Of a stretch of 64,000 nucleotides of DNA, positions 19,615 through 30,185 are shown piece by piece. Source of the stretch: an uncultured delta proteobacterium. GTDB taxonomy: Bacteria > Desulfobacterota > Binatia > DP-6. A program made the position numbers and the translations under genes. The stretch is from positions 32,001-96,000 of the forward strand of contig CAWFFN010000007.1 of NCBI GenBank assembly GCA_963815115.1, written 5' to 3'. Below the pieces are notes generated by a model that saw only the letters and a program-made list of their open reading frames with translations, did not search any database and had not been told where the DNA came from. Numbering within the stretch: the first letter of the stretch is position 1; every line of letters starts with the position of its first letter.

Positions 19615-21023
19615 TCAGTCGACGATGGGCGGAGCCGTCGGCGCCATGGTCGCGAGCGGCAGGGAGAAGCGGAAGGTGGCGCCGGCGCCGGGACGCGAGC
19701 TCGCCCACAGGCGGCCGCCGTGCGACTCGACGATCGAACGGCTGATGGCCAGCCCGAGCCCGAGCCCGTGGGCCTTGGTGGTGAAGAAGGGCGTGAAGAG
19801 GCGGCGCTCGACCGCGGGCGCGAGGCCGCTGCCGGTGTCGCTCACCGCGACCTCGATCGCGCCCTGCTGCGCTGCCGTGGCGACCATCACCTCGCGCCGG
19901 CTGCCGTCGCGCCACCGCGGCGGCCTCGACGCCGTTCAGCATCAGGTTGAGCATCACCTGCTCGATCTGCGTGCCGTCGGCCTGCACCGGGGCAGGTCGG
20001 TCGCGCCCTCGAGCCGGACCGTGACGCCGTGCAGGCGCGCCTGCGGCTCGAGCAGGCGCACCGCCTCGGCGGCGAGCGCGTTCACGTCGACGCCGTCGCT
20101 CGCGGCGTCTCGCGCTGCACCAGGTCGCGGATGCCGCGCAGGATCTCGCCCGCGCGCAGGCCCTCGTGCGCGATCTCCTCGAAGGCCTGCCGGAGCGCGT
20201 CGGGATCGACGGCGCCGGCGCGCAGCCGCTGCACGCCGCCCTGGGCATAGTTGGTGATCGCGCAGAGCGGCTGGTTGATCTCGTGCGCCAGCGCCGCCGC
20301 CATCTCGCCCATGGTGTGCAGGCGCAGCACGTGCGCCAGCTCCGCCTGGTGCTGGCGCAGCGCCTCGTGCGCGCGCTTGAGCGCCACGGTTCGCTCGCGA
20401 CCCGCTGCTCGAGCCGCTGCGCGAGGCGGCGCACGGCGGGTTCCGCCCTGCGCCGCTCGAGCAGCTCGGGGCGCAGCCCCAGCCGGTACTGGTTCACCTC
20501 GCTGGACGCCAGCAGCGAGAGCAGGAAGGCGATCACGACGGCGGCAGCGGGATCGCGCGCCACGGCGCCGAGGCTGCCGTCATGCAGGATCACGGCGACG
20601 ACCAGCGCGACGGCGCCGACGGCGACGGTCGCCAGCTGGGCCATCACCCCCCACGGCACGATGGCGGCGGTGGTGAGCGCGGCGCCGACGAACAGCACCG
20701 TGGTGGTCTCGATACTCGCCGCCGTGACTGATGATGCGGTCCGTGGCGGTGAGCACGTAGCAGGTGGAGACGACCAGGATCGCCATGGAGCGGGCGCGCC
20801 GCACCGCCCAGGGCTGGCCGACCAGGACCATCGCGCCGAGGCCGAGCGAGACGCCGAACGCCTTGAACAGGAGCGAGCGCAGCATCTCCGGGCGCCACGC
20901 CGCCAGGTCGAGGAGCGCGTAGGTCGTCGCCCCGATCAGGCACATGGCCAGGATGAAGCGAACGCGCCGGACGAGGAGGCGCCGGGTCGGGAGGTTCGCA
21001 CGCCGCAGCCGAACGCGGGTCAT
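19615..21023 (-). CDS. Membrane sensor histidine kinase (FixL/NtrB-like), multiply frameshifted as sequenced
   Basis: Pieces lie in different frames: TM region, LHTMGEMAAALAHEINQPL, QIEQVMLNLMLNG, VSDTGSG...FFTTKAHGLGLGLAISRSIVESHGG. Confidence 0.75.
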
Positions 21024-21172
21024 CAGGATGCGCCCACCGATGGGGCGTACCATGTGGGCGCGGCCGATTTGAAGGGAAGGTGAGGCCCCCCGGGCGTTTG
21101 GCCGGATCCACGTGAGGCCACGGCCTTTCGATGCTTTTCCCGCCGCCGGGGCCTCTGCTATCCAGGCCCTCC

Positions 21173-23806
21173 ATGGCGCGCGTGCGCACGATCGATCCCG
21201 GGCGTCTCCCCAGGCATTTCGAGGCGCCGGCCGCCGAGGCACGCTGGCACGCCGAGTGGGAGCGGCTCGGGGTCCCCACCTACGACCCGAATCGCGGCCG
21301 GGACCAGACGTTCGTGATCGACACGCCGCCGCCCACCGTGTCGGGCTCCCTGCACGTCGGACACGTGTTCAGCTACACCCAGACGGACGTCATCGCGCGC
21401 TACCAGCGCATGCGGGGCCGCAGCGTCTTCTATCCCATGGGGTGGGACGACAACGGCCTGCCGACCGAGCGGCGGGTGCAGAACGCGCGCCACGTGCGCT
21501 GCGACCCGACCGTCACGACCAGCCTCGGGCCCGTGCCGGCGCCCACGGCCCGAGGAGTTCAAGCAGCCGCCCCGCCTGGTCTCGCGCCCGGACTTCATCG
21601 CCACCTGCCTCGAGGTGACGCGCGAGGACGAGGAGGCGTTCAAGGCGCTCTGGCGGCGCCTCGGGTCTCTCGGTGGACTGGCGCGAGGAGTACTCGACCA
21701 TCGACGACCGCTGCCGCCGGCTGGCGCAGCTGTCGTTCCGCGACCTCTGGGAGAAGGGGCATCTCTACAACGTCGACGCGCCCACGATGTGGGACGTCGA
21801 TTTCCAGACCGCGGTGGCCCAGGCGGAGGTCGAGGACCGGCCGACGCGCGGCGCCTTTCACCACATCGCGTTCGCCGTCGAGGGGCAGGGCGACGGCTTC
21901 GTCGTCGCCACCACGCGTCCCGAGCTGCTCGCCGCCTGCGTGGGCGTGACCGCGCATCCGGACGACGCGCGCTACCGGCGCGCTCTTCGGCAAGCGGGCC
22001 GTGACGCCCATCTTCCGCGCGCCGGTGCCGGTCTTCCCGAGCGCGCTCGCCGATCCCGAGAAGGGGACCGGCATCCTCATGGTGTGCACCTTCGGCGACG
22101 CCACCGACGTCGGCTGGTGGCGCGAGCAGGGGCTCGCGCTGCGGCAGATCGTGGGAAGAAACGGTCGCCTCGCTGCCGTCGAGTTCGGCGCCCCGGGATG
22201 GGAGAGCCAGGATGCCGCGCGCGCGAACCGCGCGTACGCCGACCTGGTCGGCAAGACCGTGCACTCGGCGCGTCAGATCGTCGTCGAGCAGCTACGCGAT
22301 CCGGCGAACGCCGCCGCCGGCAGCGACGCTCCGCTGCGCGCCGAGCCGCAGCCGATCGAGCACTCCGTCAAGTACTACGAGAAGGGCGAGCGGCCGCTGG
22401 AGTTCGTCACCAGCCGGCAGTGGTTCGTGCGCCTGCTCGACAAGAAGGATGCGCTGCTCTTGAAGGGCGACGAGGTCCGCTGGCACCCCGACTTCATGCG
22501 CCTGCGCTATCGCAACTGGACCGAGAACCTGAACACGGACTGGTGCATCAGTCGCCAGCGCTTCTTCGGGGTGCCCATCCCGCTGTGGTATCCGCTCGAC
22601 GCCGCGGGATCGCCGGACTTCGCGCACCCGATCGTCGCGCCCGCGGAGATGCTGCCGGTGGATCCGACCACCGACGTGCCTCCCGGCCGGCGCGCCGCGG
22701 AACGCGGCGTGGCCAGCGGGTTCGTCGGCGAGACCGACATCTTCGACACCTGGTTCACCAGCTCCCTCACGCCGCAGATCAGCTCGCGGTGGCTCCTCGA
22801 CCCCGCGCGCCACGCCCGGCTCTTCCCCGCCGACCTGCGGCCGCAGGCCCACGAGATCATCCGGACCTGGGCGTTCTACACCATCGCCAAGGCGCTGCTG
22901 CACGAGAACGCCGTCCCGTGGCGGCACGTCGCCGTGTCGGGATGGATCCTCGATCCCGACCGCAAGAAGATGTCGAAGAGCCGCGGCAACGTGGTGACGC
23001 CGATGCACCTGCTCGACGAGTACGGCGCCGACGGCGTGCGCTACTGGGCGGCGTCGGCGCGGCTGGGCACCGACACGGCGTTCGACGACAAGGTGCTGAA
23101 GGTCGGCAAGCGGCTCGTCACCAAGCTCTTCAACGCCGGCAAGTTCGTCCTGTCGCAGGACGGCGAGGAGGCGCCCATCGTCGCCGAGCTGGACCGCGCC
23201 TTCGTGCACCGGCTGCGCGGGCTGGTCGAGCGCGTGACGGCGTCGCTGGACGAGTTCGAGTACGCCCAGGCGCTGCAGGAGACGGAATCCTTCTTCTGGC
23301 ACGACTTCACCGACACCTACCTCGAGCTGGTCAAGGCGCGCGCGCGCGGCGAGGGCGGCGGGTCGGCGATCGCCGCCCTCCGACTCGGGCTCTCGGTGCT
23401 GCTGCGGCTCTTCGCGCCCGCGCTGCCCTACATCACCGAGGAGGTGTGGTCGTGGGCCTTCGCCGCGGAGGCGGGGCACCCGAGCATCCACCGCGCTCCC
23501 TGGCCCGGGACGGCCGACCTCGGCGCCGTGCCGCCGCCGCGCGAGCCGGCCTGCTTCGACGCCGCGGTCACGTGTCTCGCCGCGATCAACAAGGCGAAGT
23601 CCGAGGGTGGCGTGTCGGTCGGGCGGGGCGTCGCCGCCGTCACCCTGGCGGCGAGCCCGACGACGCTCGCGCGCCTGGAGCCCGCGCTCGCCGACGTGCT
23701 GGCGTCGGCGCGGGTGACCGGGCACTCCGTGGCGCCGCGCCCGGCGCTCGCCGACGGCATCTTCGAGGTGGCGGACGTGACGTTCGCGCCGGTCGAGGAG
23801 CGCTGA
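21173..23806 (+). CDS. valS: Valine--tRNA ligase (type 2, archaeal/actinobacterial-like), three apparent frameshifts (~21550, ~21665, ~21980)
   Basis: [54 protein letters not shown]. Confidence 0.92.
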
Positions 23807-24657
23807 CCACGGACGCTCCGTTCGATCATCCGCACGTGGCGGCGCTCATCGCGCTGGCGCTGGCGGAGGACCTGGGTCGTGGCGATCGGACGTCGCAGGC
23901 GACGGTGCCCGATGGGGTGCGGGCACGCGGCCGGCTGCTGGCGAAGGAGAAGCTGGTCGTCTGCGGGCTCCCGCTGGTGCCGCAGGTCTTTTCCCGCCTG
24001 GGCCCCGTCGGCTGCGAGCTGCTCGCCGCGGAGGGGCAGGTCGTGCCGGCAGGCGACGTGGTGGCGACGGTCGAGGGCAGCGCGCGCGCCCTGCTCGCCG
24101 GCGAGCGTCTCGTGCTCAATCTCGTCCAGCACCTGTGCGGCATCGCGACGCTCACCCGGCGCTACGTGGAGCGCGTCGCCGGCACGGCGCTCGTCGTGCG
24201 CGACACGCGCAAGACCGTCCCCGGGATGCGGGTGCTGGCCAAGTATGCCGTTCGCACCGGCGGTGCCCGCAACCATCGCATGGCACTCGACGATGCCATC
24301 CTGGTGAAGGACAACCACCTGACGCTCGGCGGAGGCGACTTCGATGCCGCCGTGCGGGCGGCACGCCAGCGCTTTCCCGATCTCCCACTCGAGGTCGAGT
24401 GCCGCACGCTGGCGGAGGTCGAGCGCGCGCTGGCGGCGGCGCCGGATCTCATCCTGCTCGACAACATGTCGCTCGACGACATGGCCGCCGCCGTGCGCCT
24501 CGCCGCCGATCGCGTGCCGCTCGAGGCCTCCGGCGGGATCACGCTGGAGCAGCTCACGGCGGTGGCGGCGACGGGGGTGCGCTACGTCGCCATCGGGACG
24601 CTCACCCACTCCGCGCCGGCGGCGGATCTGAGCCTGAAGCTCGAGCGGGTCGAGTAG
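23803..24657 (+). CDS. nadC: Nicotinate-nucleotide diphosphorylase (carboxylating)
   Basis: ALAEDLGRGDRTS, DTRKTVPG, NHRMALDDAILVKDNH, EVEC, ILLDNM, EASGGI. Start is either CTG overlapping the valS stop or GTG at 23836. Confidence 0.95.
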   Translation: MTTDAPFDHPHVAALIALALAEDLGRGDRTSQATVPDGVRARGRLLAKEKLVVCGLPLVPQVFSRLGPVGCELLAAEGQVVPAGDVVATVEGSARALLAGERLVLNLVQHLCGIATLTRRYVERVAGTALVVRDTRKTVPGMRVLAKYAVRTGGARNHRMALDDAILVKDNHLTLGGGDFDAAVRAARQRFPDLPLEVECRTLAEVERALAAAPDLILLDNMSLDDMAAAVRLAADRVPLEASGGITLEQLTAVAATGVRYVAIGTLTHSAPAADLSLKLERVE

Positions 24658-24717
24658 TGGCCACGTCGTCGGGTCCGTAGGGCAGCCCTTCGCCGCCTCC
24701 AGGAAGATGTTTGTCGA

Positions 24718-25152
24718 CTACGCCGTGAGACGGAAGCGTTCGGCGGCGGCAGCTGCCCGGAGTGATCGGTCGGCGCAGGCGAAGCCATCACACGACTCGT
24801 CGACCGCACGTGCCGCACGGGCGCTCGCCAGCTGCACCGCATCGTAGGCCCGCAGTCCGTGTAGGGCGGAGAGCCGGGCGGCATCCTCGAGCAGCTCAGG
24901 AACGATACCCACTACCACGAATCGCGGTGGCGCATCGTCGTGCCCCAGGTAGTCGACCTCGAAGGCAGACGTCAGGACATCGGCCTGCTCGGTCGTCAGC
25001 TCGCCCCGACGGTGCTTTCGCCAGATCGCTGCCGGTACCTCGAGGCGGGCGAGACATGACACGACCAGAACGTCCAGCTTGCGGATCATGGTATGCCCCG
25101 GCTCGTCGGCATAGATCTTCACCACCGCCGAGGAGTCGGCGAAGACGCTCAC
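24718..25152 (-). CDS. vapC: VapC-family PIN toxin
   Basis: FADSSAVVKIY, LARLEV, LRAYDAVQLASA, FACADRSL. Confidence 0.9.
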   Translation of the reverse strand: MSVFADSSAVVKIYADEPGHTMIRKLDVLVVSCLARLEVPAAIWRKHRRGELTTEQADVLTSAFEVDYLGHDDAPPRFVVVGIVPELLEDAARLSALHGLRAYDAVQLASARAARAVDESCDGFACADRSLRAAAAAERFRLTA

Positions 25153-25448
25153 CGGCGACCTTCGGAAACGAGCCGGCTGAGCGGCCGACCGCGCCCCGCC
25201 GCCGCGCGCGCCTTGGCAAGCGCCCGGGCGGGCGGCCGAGGGCGGCGCCCCGGCGGCGCGGCCATCAGCAAGTCGGCTCGTGCCAGGCGCTCCCGCAGCG
25301 ACTGCGCCTCGTCGCCCGCGTACTCGGGATCGACGGCAGCACCGAGCACCGCCGCCGCGAGCCCGTTCACGCTCTGACGGCGCGCGCGTGCCGCGGCCCG
25401 GAGCCGGTCGAGGAGCTCGTCGGAGAGGCGAAGGGTCAGCTGTGACAT
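25149..25448 (-). CDS. Antitoxin with N-terminal ribbon-helix-helix domain
   Basis: MSQLTLRLSDELLDRLRAAARARRQSVNGL; GTGA overlap with vapC. Confidence 0.85.
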   Translation of the reverse strand: MSQLTLRLSDELLDRLRAAARARRQSVNGLAAAVLGAAVDPEYAGDEAQSLRERLARADLLMAAPPGRRPRPPARALAKARAAAGRGRPLSRLVSEGRR

Positions 25449-25455
25449 GCGTCCG

Positions 25456-25482
25456 TGATTGCTATCATGACATCAGATGTCA
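25456..25482. promoter_or_regulatory. Tandem palindromic operator of the TA operon
   Basis: TGATTGCTATCA followed by the perfect palindrome TGACATC-A-GATGTCA, which overlaps a minus-strand TTGACA. Confidence 0.65.
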
Positions 25483-25618
25483 AGGGGCAGCTCGCGAGGG
25501 GAATACCAGGCGGGCGAGCCGCGTGTAGGCCGTCCGTGTGCTGATCCCGCTCCGGCCGCCTCGGCCGCGCGTGGAGCGGTTTGCCCGATCGGGTTCATGC
25601 CGGTATCGTTCCCGCTCG

Positions 25619-27484
25619 ATGCGGCGGGTCACGCTCCTGGTGGTGGTCGGTCTTCTCGCCGCCTGCGGCCGCGATGCGCTGCCGCCCAAGCTGACGATCG
25701 AGCACGTCGTCTCGGACCTGGCGCCGCCGCTCGCGCCGGGGGCCAGCGTCGAAGGACCATCGGCGAGCGGCGTGCGGCGTGCGGTGCTCCAGCCCGGGTA
25801 CCACGCCGGCTGCGGCGCGCCGCAGGACGCACTCGTGACACCGCCCGGCGCCGCGGTGCGCTTTCACCTCGACGTGCCGCCGGACGGCATGCTCCGGTTC
25901 AGCACGGGTGTGGAAGGCGACAAGCAACGTCATCCCGAGCTGAGCGGCGCGGACTTCCGGGTGACGGTCGACGGGGAGAGCGCCTTCACCCGCGTCGTCA
26001 ATCCGGCGAGCAGGCGCAAGGATCGCTGCTGGATCGATGGCGTGGTCGACCTGCGCCCGTGGGTGGGCCGGAGCGTGGACGTGGTCTTCGAGACGCGCAT
26101 GGAACGGCCCGACCATGCGCTCGCCGGGACGGCCGGGTGGAGCCGCATGCGCCTGGTCCGCCAGGAGCAGCGCGAACGTCAGGCCGCAGGCAGCGGGCCG
26201 AACGTGCTCGTCCTCCTGGTCGACACCCTGCGGGCGGATCGGCTCGGTATCTATGGTGCGAACCCGAGCCCGAGTCCGGCGCTCGATCGCTTCGCCGCCC
26301 GCGGACTCGTCTTCGACGTGGCCGTCGGGCAGGCATCGTGGACCATGCCCGCCGTGGCGTCGATCTTCAGCGGGCTGCATCCGCGCAGCCATGGTGCGGT
26401 AGGAAGTGACGCCGACGACGGGCACGGTCACTCCGGAAGCGGCACGCTGCTGCCCGACAGCGTCGTCACGATGGCCGAGACCGCGCAGGGAGCCGGTGTG
26501 ACCACCTTCGGCCTCTCGACGAATCTGATCGTGAGCCGCGCCAGCAACCTCGCGCAGGGCTTCGAGACCTTCTTCGAGCTGCCCTTCGACCACAAGACCC
26601 GGGACTTCGTCCGCGCCGCCGTGGTGAACCGGCGGTTCCTCGACTGGGTGCGCCGGGAACGCCGCCTGCGCTTCTTCGCCTATCTGCACTACATGGAGCC
26701 GCACGGCCCGTACGCGCCGCCACAGGATCTGCGCCCGAAGCCGCCGCCCGGCATCCGGGACGATCTGGCGGCGGGCTGGGTGCAGGAGTTCGCCCTGGCG
26801 GTGAACGAGCATCGGCTCCCGCCACCGAGCCCCGCCGTGCTGGCCCACCTCCGGGCGCTCTACGAAGGCGACATCCGCAGCTGGGACGACGCGTTCGGCG
26901 AGCTGGTGAAGCAGCTCGAGGCGGACGGCATCCTCGACCGCACGATCGTCGTGGTCACGGCCGACCACGGCGAGGAGTTCCTCGAGCACGGCAACCTCAC
27001 CCACGGCGGGCACCTCTACGAGGAGACCGTCCACATCCCGCTGGTGGTCGTCGGGCCCGGCATTCCGGCCGGTCGCCGCACCGACATGGCGCAGGGGATC
27101 GACCTCTTGCCGACCATCGCCTCGATCCTCGGCGCGCCGGCCCCTGCCGGCCTGCCAGGCCGGGACCTCCTCGCCACGCAGACGGCGGGGGACGTGGTGT
27201 CGGAGATCGTCGGGGGCTTCGGCGACGACGCCAAGGGAAGCACGGTCGCGCTGCGCACCGCGCGCTGGAAGCTCATCCGCCTGCCCGATGGGAGCGGCAC
27301 CGAGCTGTACGACCTCGCGAACGACCCCGGGGAGCGCACCAACCTGGCGGCGACCTCGGAGGAGACCGCGGCGCTCGGCGCGCGCCTCGATCGCTGGGCG
27401 GCGAGCGCGCCGCCGCCGCCGCGCTCGACGGGGACCGATCCCACGCTGCGCGCCAAGCTGCGCCAGCTCGGCTACGTCGAGTAG
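25619..27484 (+). CDS. Exported/lipoprotein sulfatase-like hydrolase/transferase with N-terminal beta-sandwich domain
   Basis: Lipobox-like LLAACG; PNVLVLLVDTLRADRLG, QASWTMP, LHYMEPHGPY, TADHGEEF, LYDLANDPGE, LRQLGYV. Confidence 0.9.
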   Translation: MRRVTLLVVVGLLAACGRDALPPKLTIEHVVSDLAPPLAPGASVEGPSASGVRRAVLQPGYHAGCGAPQDALVTPPGAAVRFHLDVPPDGMLRFSTGVEGDKQRHPELSGADFRVTVDGESAFTRVVNPASRRKDRCWIDGVVDLRPWVGRSVDVVFETRMERPDHALAGTAGWSRMRLVRQEQRERQAAGSGPNVLVLLVDTLRADRLGIYGANPSPSPALDRFAARGLVFDVAVGQASWTMPAVASIFSGLHPRSHGAVGSDADDGHGHSGSGTLLPDSVVTMAETAQGAGVTTFGLSTNLIVSRASNLAQGFETFFELPFDHKTRDFVRAAVVNRRFLDWVRRERRLRFFAYLHYMEPHGPYAPPQDLRPKPPPGIRDDLAAGWVQEFALAVNEHRLPPPSPAVLAHLRALYEGDIRSWDDAFGELVKQLEADGILDRTIVVVTADHGEEFLEHGNLTHGGHLYEETVHIPLVVVGPGIPAGRRTDMAQGIDLLPTIASILGAPAPAGLPGRDLLATQTAGDVVSEIVGGFGDDAKGSTVALRTARWKLIRLPDGSGTELYDLANDPGERTNLAATSEETAALGARLDRWAASAPPPPRSTGTDPTLRAKLRQLGYVE

Positions 27485-27601
27485 CGCAGGCAGAGTACCG
27501 GAAGCGATCAACTTCCCGGCGCGATCAGCGGGATCGCCTGCCGACCATGCTTGCGGTACACGGAGAAGTCCCCGTCGATCGTGAGCACCGCGGCGCCGCC
27601 T

Positions 27602-28555
27602 TCAGTGGCGCACATCCCGACGCAGGGTGCCCCGCCGCGGAAAATTCCGCGCCAGGGTCGCCAGGTAGGCGCGCGCCTCCCGCCGCTGGCACTCGGCGAG
27701 CAGGCGCTTCGGGTCGATGGGCTCCACCGGACGATACGGCATCGCGGCCAGGTAGCGGGCGTACCAGCGCAGACCCCAGGCGATGCGCGGCAGGCTGCGA
27801 TTGCGGAGCGCGTACACCGCGGCGCCCTCTCCGAAGCAGGTGTGGTGGTCGAGGAAGTACTGCGGGGTCAGCTTCCCGGGCACGATCCAGTGGTCGACGA
27901 CGGCGTCGGGCGCGTAGTGGATCTCGCCCGCGCGCCGGTCGAGACGCGCACACAGGTCGGCGTCCTCGTGCACGAAGTGGCGCGTACCGTGCGGGCCGAG
28001 GACGTCGCAGAACCCGCCCTCGCGGATCACGTCCGCCGTGCGCAGGCACAGGTTGGCGCTGGGGGGATACCATTCGCCGCCGCGATGATGGACGCGACGG
28101 CGCACGCCGCCGAGGTCGTAGGAGCCGGCGGCCTCGTGGAAGTCGGGAGTGAACCAGCGCGGGGGCGGGACGCTGAGCTGCAGGATGAGCGGGCCGCCGA
28201 CGCCGGCGATCGCCCGATCCGTCAGCGGGGCGACGAGCGCGGCGAGCCACCCGGGACGGGGGACCGCATCGTCGTCGAGGAACGCGATCAGCTCGCCGCG
28301 TGCCGCCGCGAGACCCGCGTTGCGCCCGTGCGACGCGCCGAGCCGCGGCTCGGCGAGCACGCGCAGCGGCGGTCCCTCGACGCGCAGGAGCTCGGCGAGC
28401 ACGGCCGGCGTGTGGTCGGCGGAGGCGTTGTCCACCACCAGCACCTCGGCGCCCGGGTGCCGGCGCGCCTCGGCCAGGGTGGCGCGCACGCACCGGGTGA
28501 GGATGTCGGCGCGATTGTGGGTGGTGATCACCACGCTGACCGGGCACGACTTCAT
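27602..28555 (-). CDS. Glycosyltransferase family 2
   Basis: VSVVITTHNR, VVDNASAD, GASHGRNAG, IAFLDDD, HEDADL. Confidence 0.92.
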   Translation of the reverse strand: MKSCPVSVVITTHNRADILTRCVRATLAEARRHPGAEVLVVDNASADHTPAVLAELLRVEGPPLRVLAEPRLGASHGRNAGLAAARGELIAFLDDDAVPRPGWLAALVAPLTDRAIAGVGGPLILQLSVPPPRWFTPDFHEAAGSYDLGGVRRRVHHRGGEWYPPSANLCLRTADVIREGGFCDVLGPHGTRHFVHEDADLCARLDRRAGEIHYAPDAVVDHWIVPGKLTPQYFLDHHTCFGEGAAVYALRNRSLPRIAWGLRWYARYLAAMPYRPVEPIDPKRLLAECQRREARAYLATLARNFPRRGTLRRDVRH

Positions 28556-28627
28556 GCGCGGGGCGCTTGCTGCACGCGACTCGCAGACCGGGGCCAGCAG
28601 TGGGGTAGGTGCCGTGTCGCGCGCCCG

Positions 28628-30076
28628 CTACGCGTGGCCGGTCCCCGAGAGAGCCGCGCCGGCCGGGAACGGACGCCCGGCTTCCTCCGGCTCGTAGATC
28701 TTCATCTGATCCTTGATGAAGTGGAGCGGATCGGCGACCTTGCCTCCGAGGTGAATCGGGCGCGCCTCGTCGCTGCCGAAGAGCGACACGTAGTCGCCGT
28801 GGAACCCGTCGCAGATCGCTTTCACGTCGCACTCGTCGCAGCGCGGCGAGTACTGGTAGTGGCAGTGATCCTGCGCCCGGGCGACGCCGTTGTCGACGTA
28901 GACCTGCGGATCGCGGCCGAGCTCGTCCGCGACCAGGTAGCCGGCGTCGCCGGTCGAGCGCCTGCGGCGGCGGCCCTGGAGGAGGTTGCGGGCGGAGCCG
29001 GACGCATACGCGACCAGCCGGTACGCCTTCTGCAGCCGCTCGCGCGCGGCAGGATAGGGCCGCAGCTTCTCGCTGAGCGTCGCCCGCACGTTCTGCCTGA
29101 GGCTGCCGGGCGTGCCGACCACCCGGTTTGCGAACACCCAGGAATCGTAGGTGATCGCCGCCAGGCTCGCGTGATGGGCCGAGGGCGGTCCCCACTTCAT
29201 GCGCTGCGCCTGCACTGCGGTCCAGCTCCACGAGTCGTAGTCCCACTCGTGCGGATCGTAGGGCAGCTGGCAGAAATCGTAGATGCTCTTGCGATGGCGC
29301 TCCTCCACCATGCAGATGGGGAAGTAGCGCACGTTCGCCTCGACGCCGGCCGCGGCCAGCACGTCGAGCGCCTTGTTGAGCTCGACCGCGACGTCGCCGT
29401 AGCGCGGCACGTTGAAGGTCGAGCGATGACCGGTCGCCTGGTCCTCGAACGGGTTGAAGGCGAGGAAGTTCACTGCCAGCGCGCCGGTCGACACGGCGAG
29501 CCGGGCGATGTCGACGTACTGCGGGATCGCCTTCAGGCTGAGCACGCTGTTGAAGCGGAACGGGATGCCGACCTCGATGCAGTTGCGCAGCGCCTGGGCT
29601 TGCTTCGCCGACCCGCCCGGGACGCCGACGATCTCGTCGTAGACGGACCCGAGGCCCTGGACGCTGATCAGCAGGTCGCGGATGCCGGCCTGCTTCAGCT
29701 GGACGCACTTCTCGCGCTTGGCGAGCGCGATCGCATTGGTGATGAGCGTGGGAAAGAGGCCGATCTCGTGGCAGTACGCGACCAGCTCCTCGATGTGCCG
29801 CCAGATCGTCGGCTCTCCGCCCTGGATGTCGATCGACGTGTTGCCGTACTTGTGGCGCAGGCTGTGGCAGATCGCCTTCGCCTTCTCGAGATCCATGAAG
29901 GGATGCTCGGGATGGTCCTTCTGCTCGATCCGGTCGAGGAAGTAGCAGAAATGGCACCGGATGTTGCACGTCTGGCCGAGCCACAGCACCCCGCGTCTGG
30001 TGATCAGCTTCTCGCGAGTGCGGAAGTAACCGGCCGGCGGACGCGAGCCGCTCACGTGCGGCCACGCCGTATCCAT
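28628..30076 (-). CDS. Radical SAM protein with C-terminal Cys cluster
   Basis: CNIRCHFC (CX3CX2C), QGGEPT, YFPICM, CDECDVKAICDG. Start may be 30154. Confidence 0.9.
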   Translation of the reverse strand: MDTAWPHVSGSRPPAGYFRTREKLITRRGVLWLGQTCNIRCHFCYFLDRIEQKDHPEHPFMDLEKAKAICHSLRHKYGNTSIDIQGGEPTIWRHIEELVAYCHEIGLFPTLITNAIALAKREKCVQLKQAGIRDLLISVQGLGSVYDEIVGVPGGSAKQAQALRNCIEVGIPFRFNSVLSLKAIPQYVDIARLAVSTGALAVNFLAFNPFEDQATGHRSTFNVPRYGDVAVELNKALDVLAAAGVEANVRYFPICMVEERHRKSIYDFCQLPYDPHEWDYDSWSWTAVQAQRMKWGPPSAHHASLAAITYDSWVFANRVVGTPGSLRQNVRATLSEKLRPYPAARERLQKAYRLVAYASGSARNLLQGRRRRRSTGDAGYLVADELGRDPQVYVDNGVARAQDHCHYQYSPRCDECDVKAICDGFHGDYVSLFGSDEARPIHLGGKVADPLHFIKDQMKIYEPEEAGRPFPAGAALSGTGHA

Positions 30077-30185
30077 GCCCTCGCCGGTGGCCGGCGGCGA
30101 GACCTCGGCGCGCACCGCCTCCCCTCCACCGTGGCTCGGCTGCCCACCCATCAAGCTCGGCGCCTACAGGATGGTCGCGCGACGG

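Noticed and set aside
21173-22000. valS as a pseudogene or programmed-frameshift gene
   Set aside because: Essential gene with intact motifs and no slippery sites, next to another indel-rich gene. Sequencing error is far more likely.
28628-30154. Radical SAM as anaerobic sulfatase maturase or RiPP maturase
   Set aside because: It lacks the full SPASM Cys set of anSME, the neighbouring sulfatase-like proteins lack the target motif, and no precursor peptide was found.
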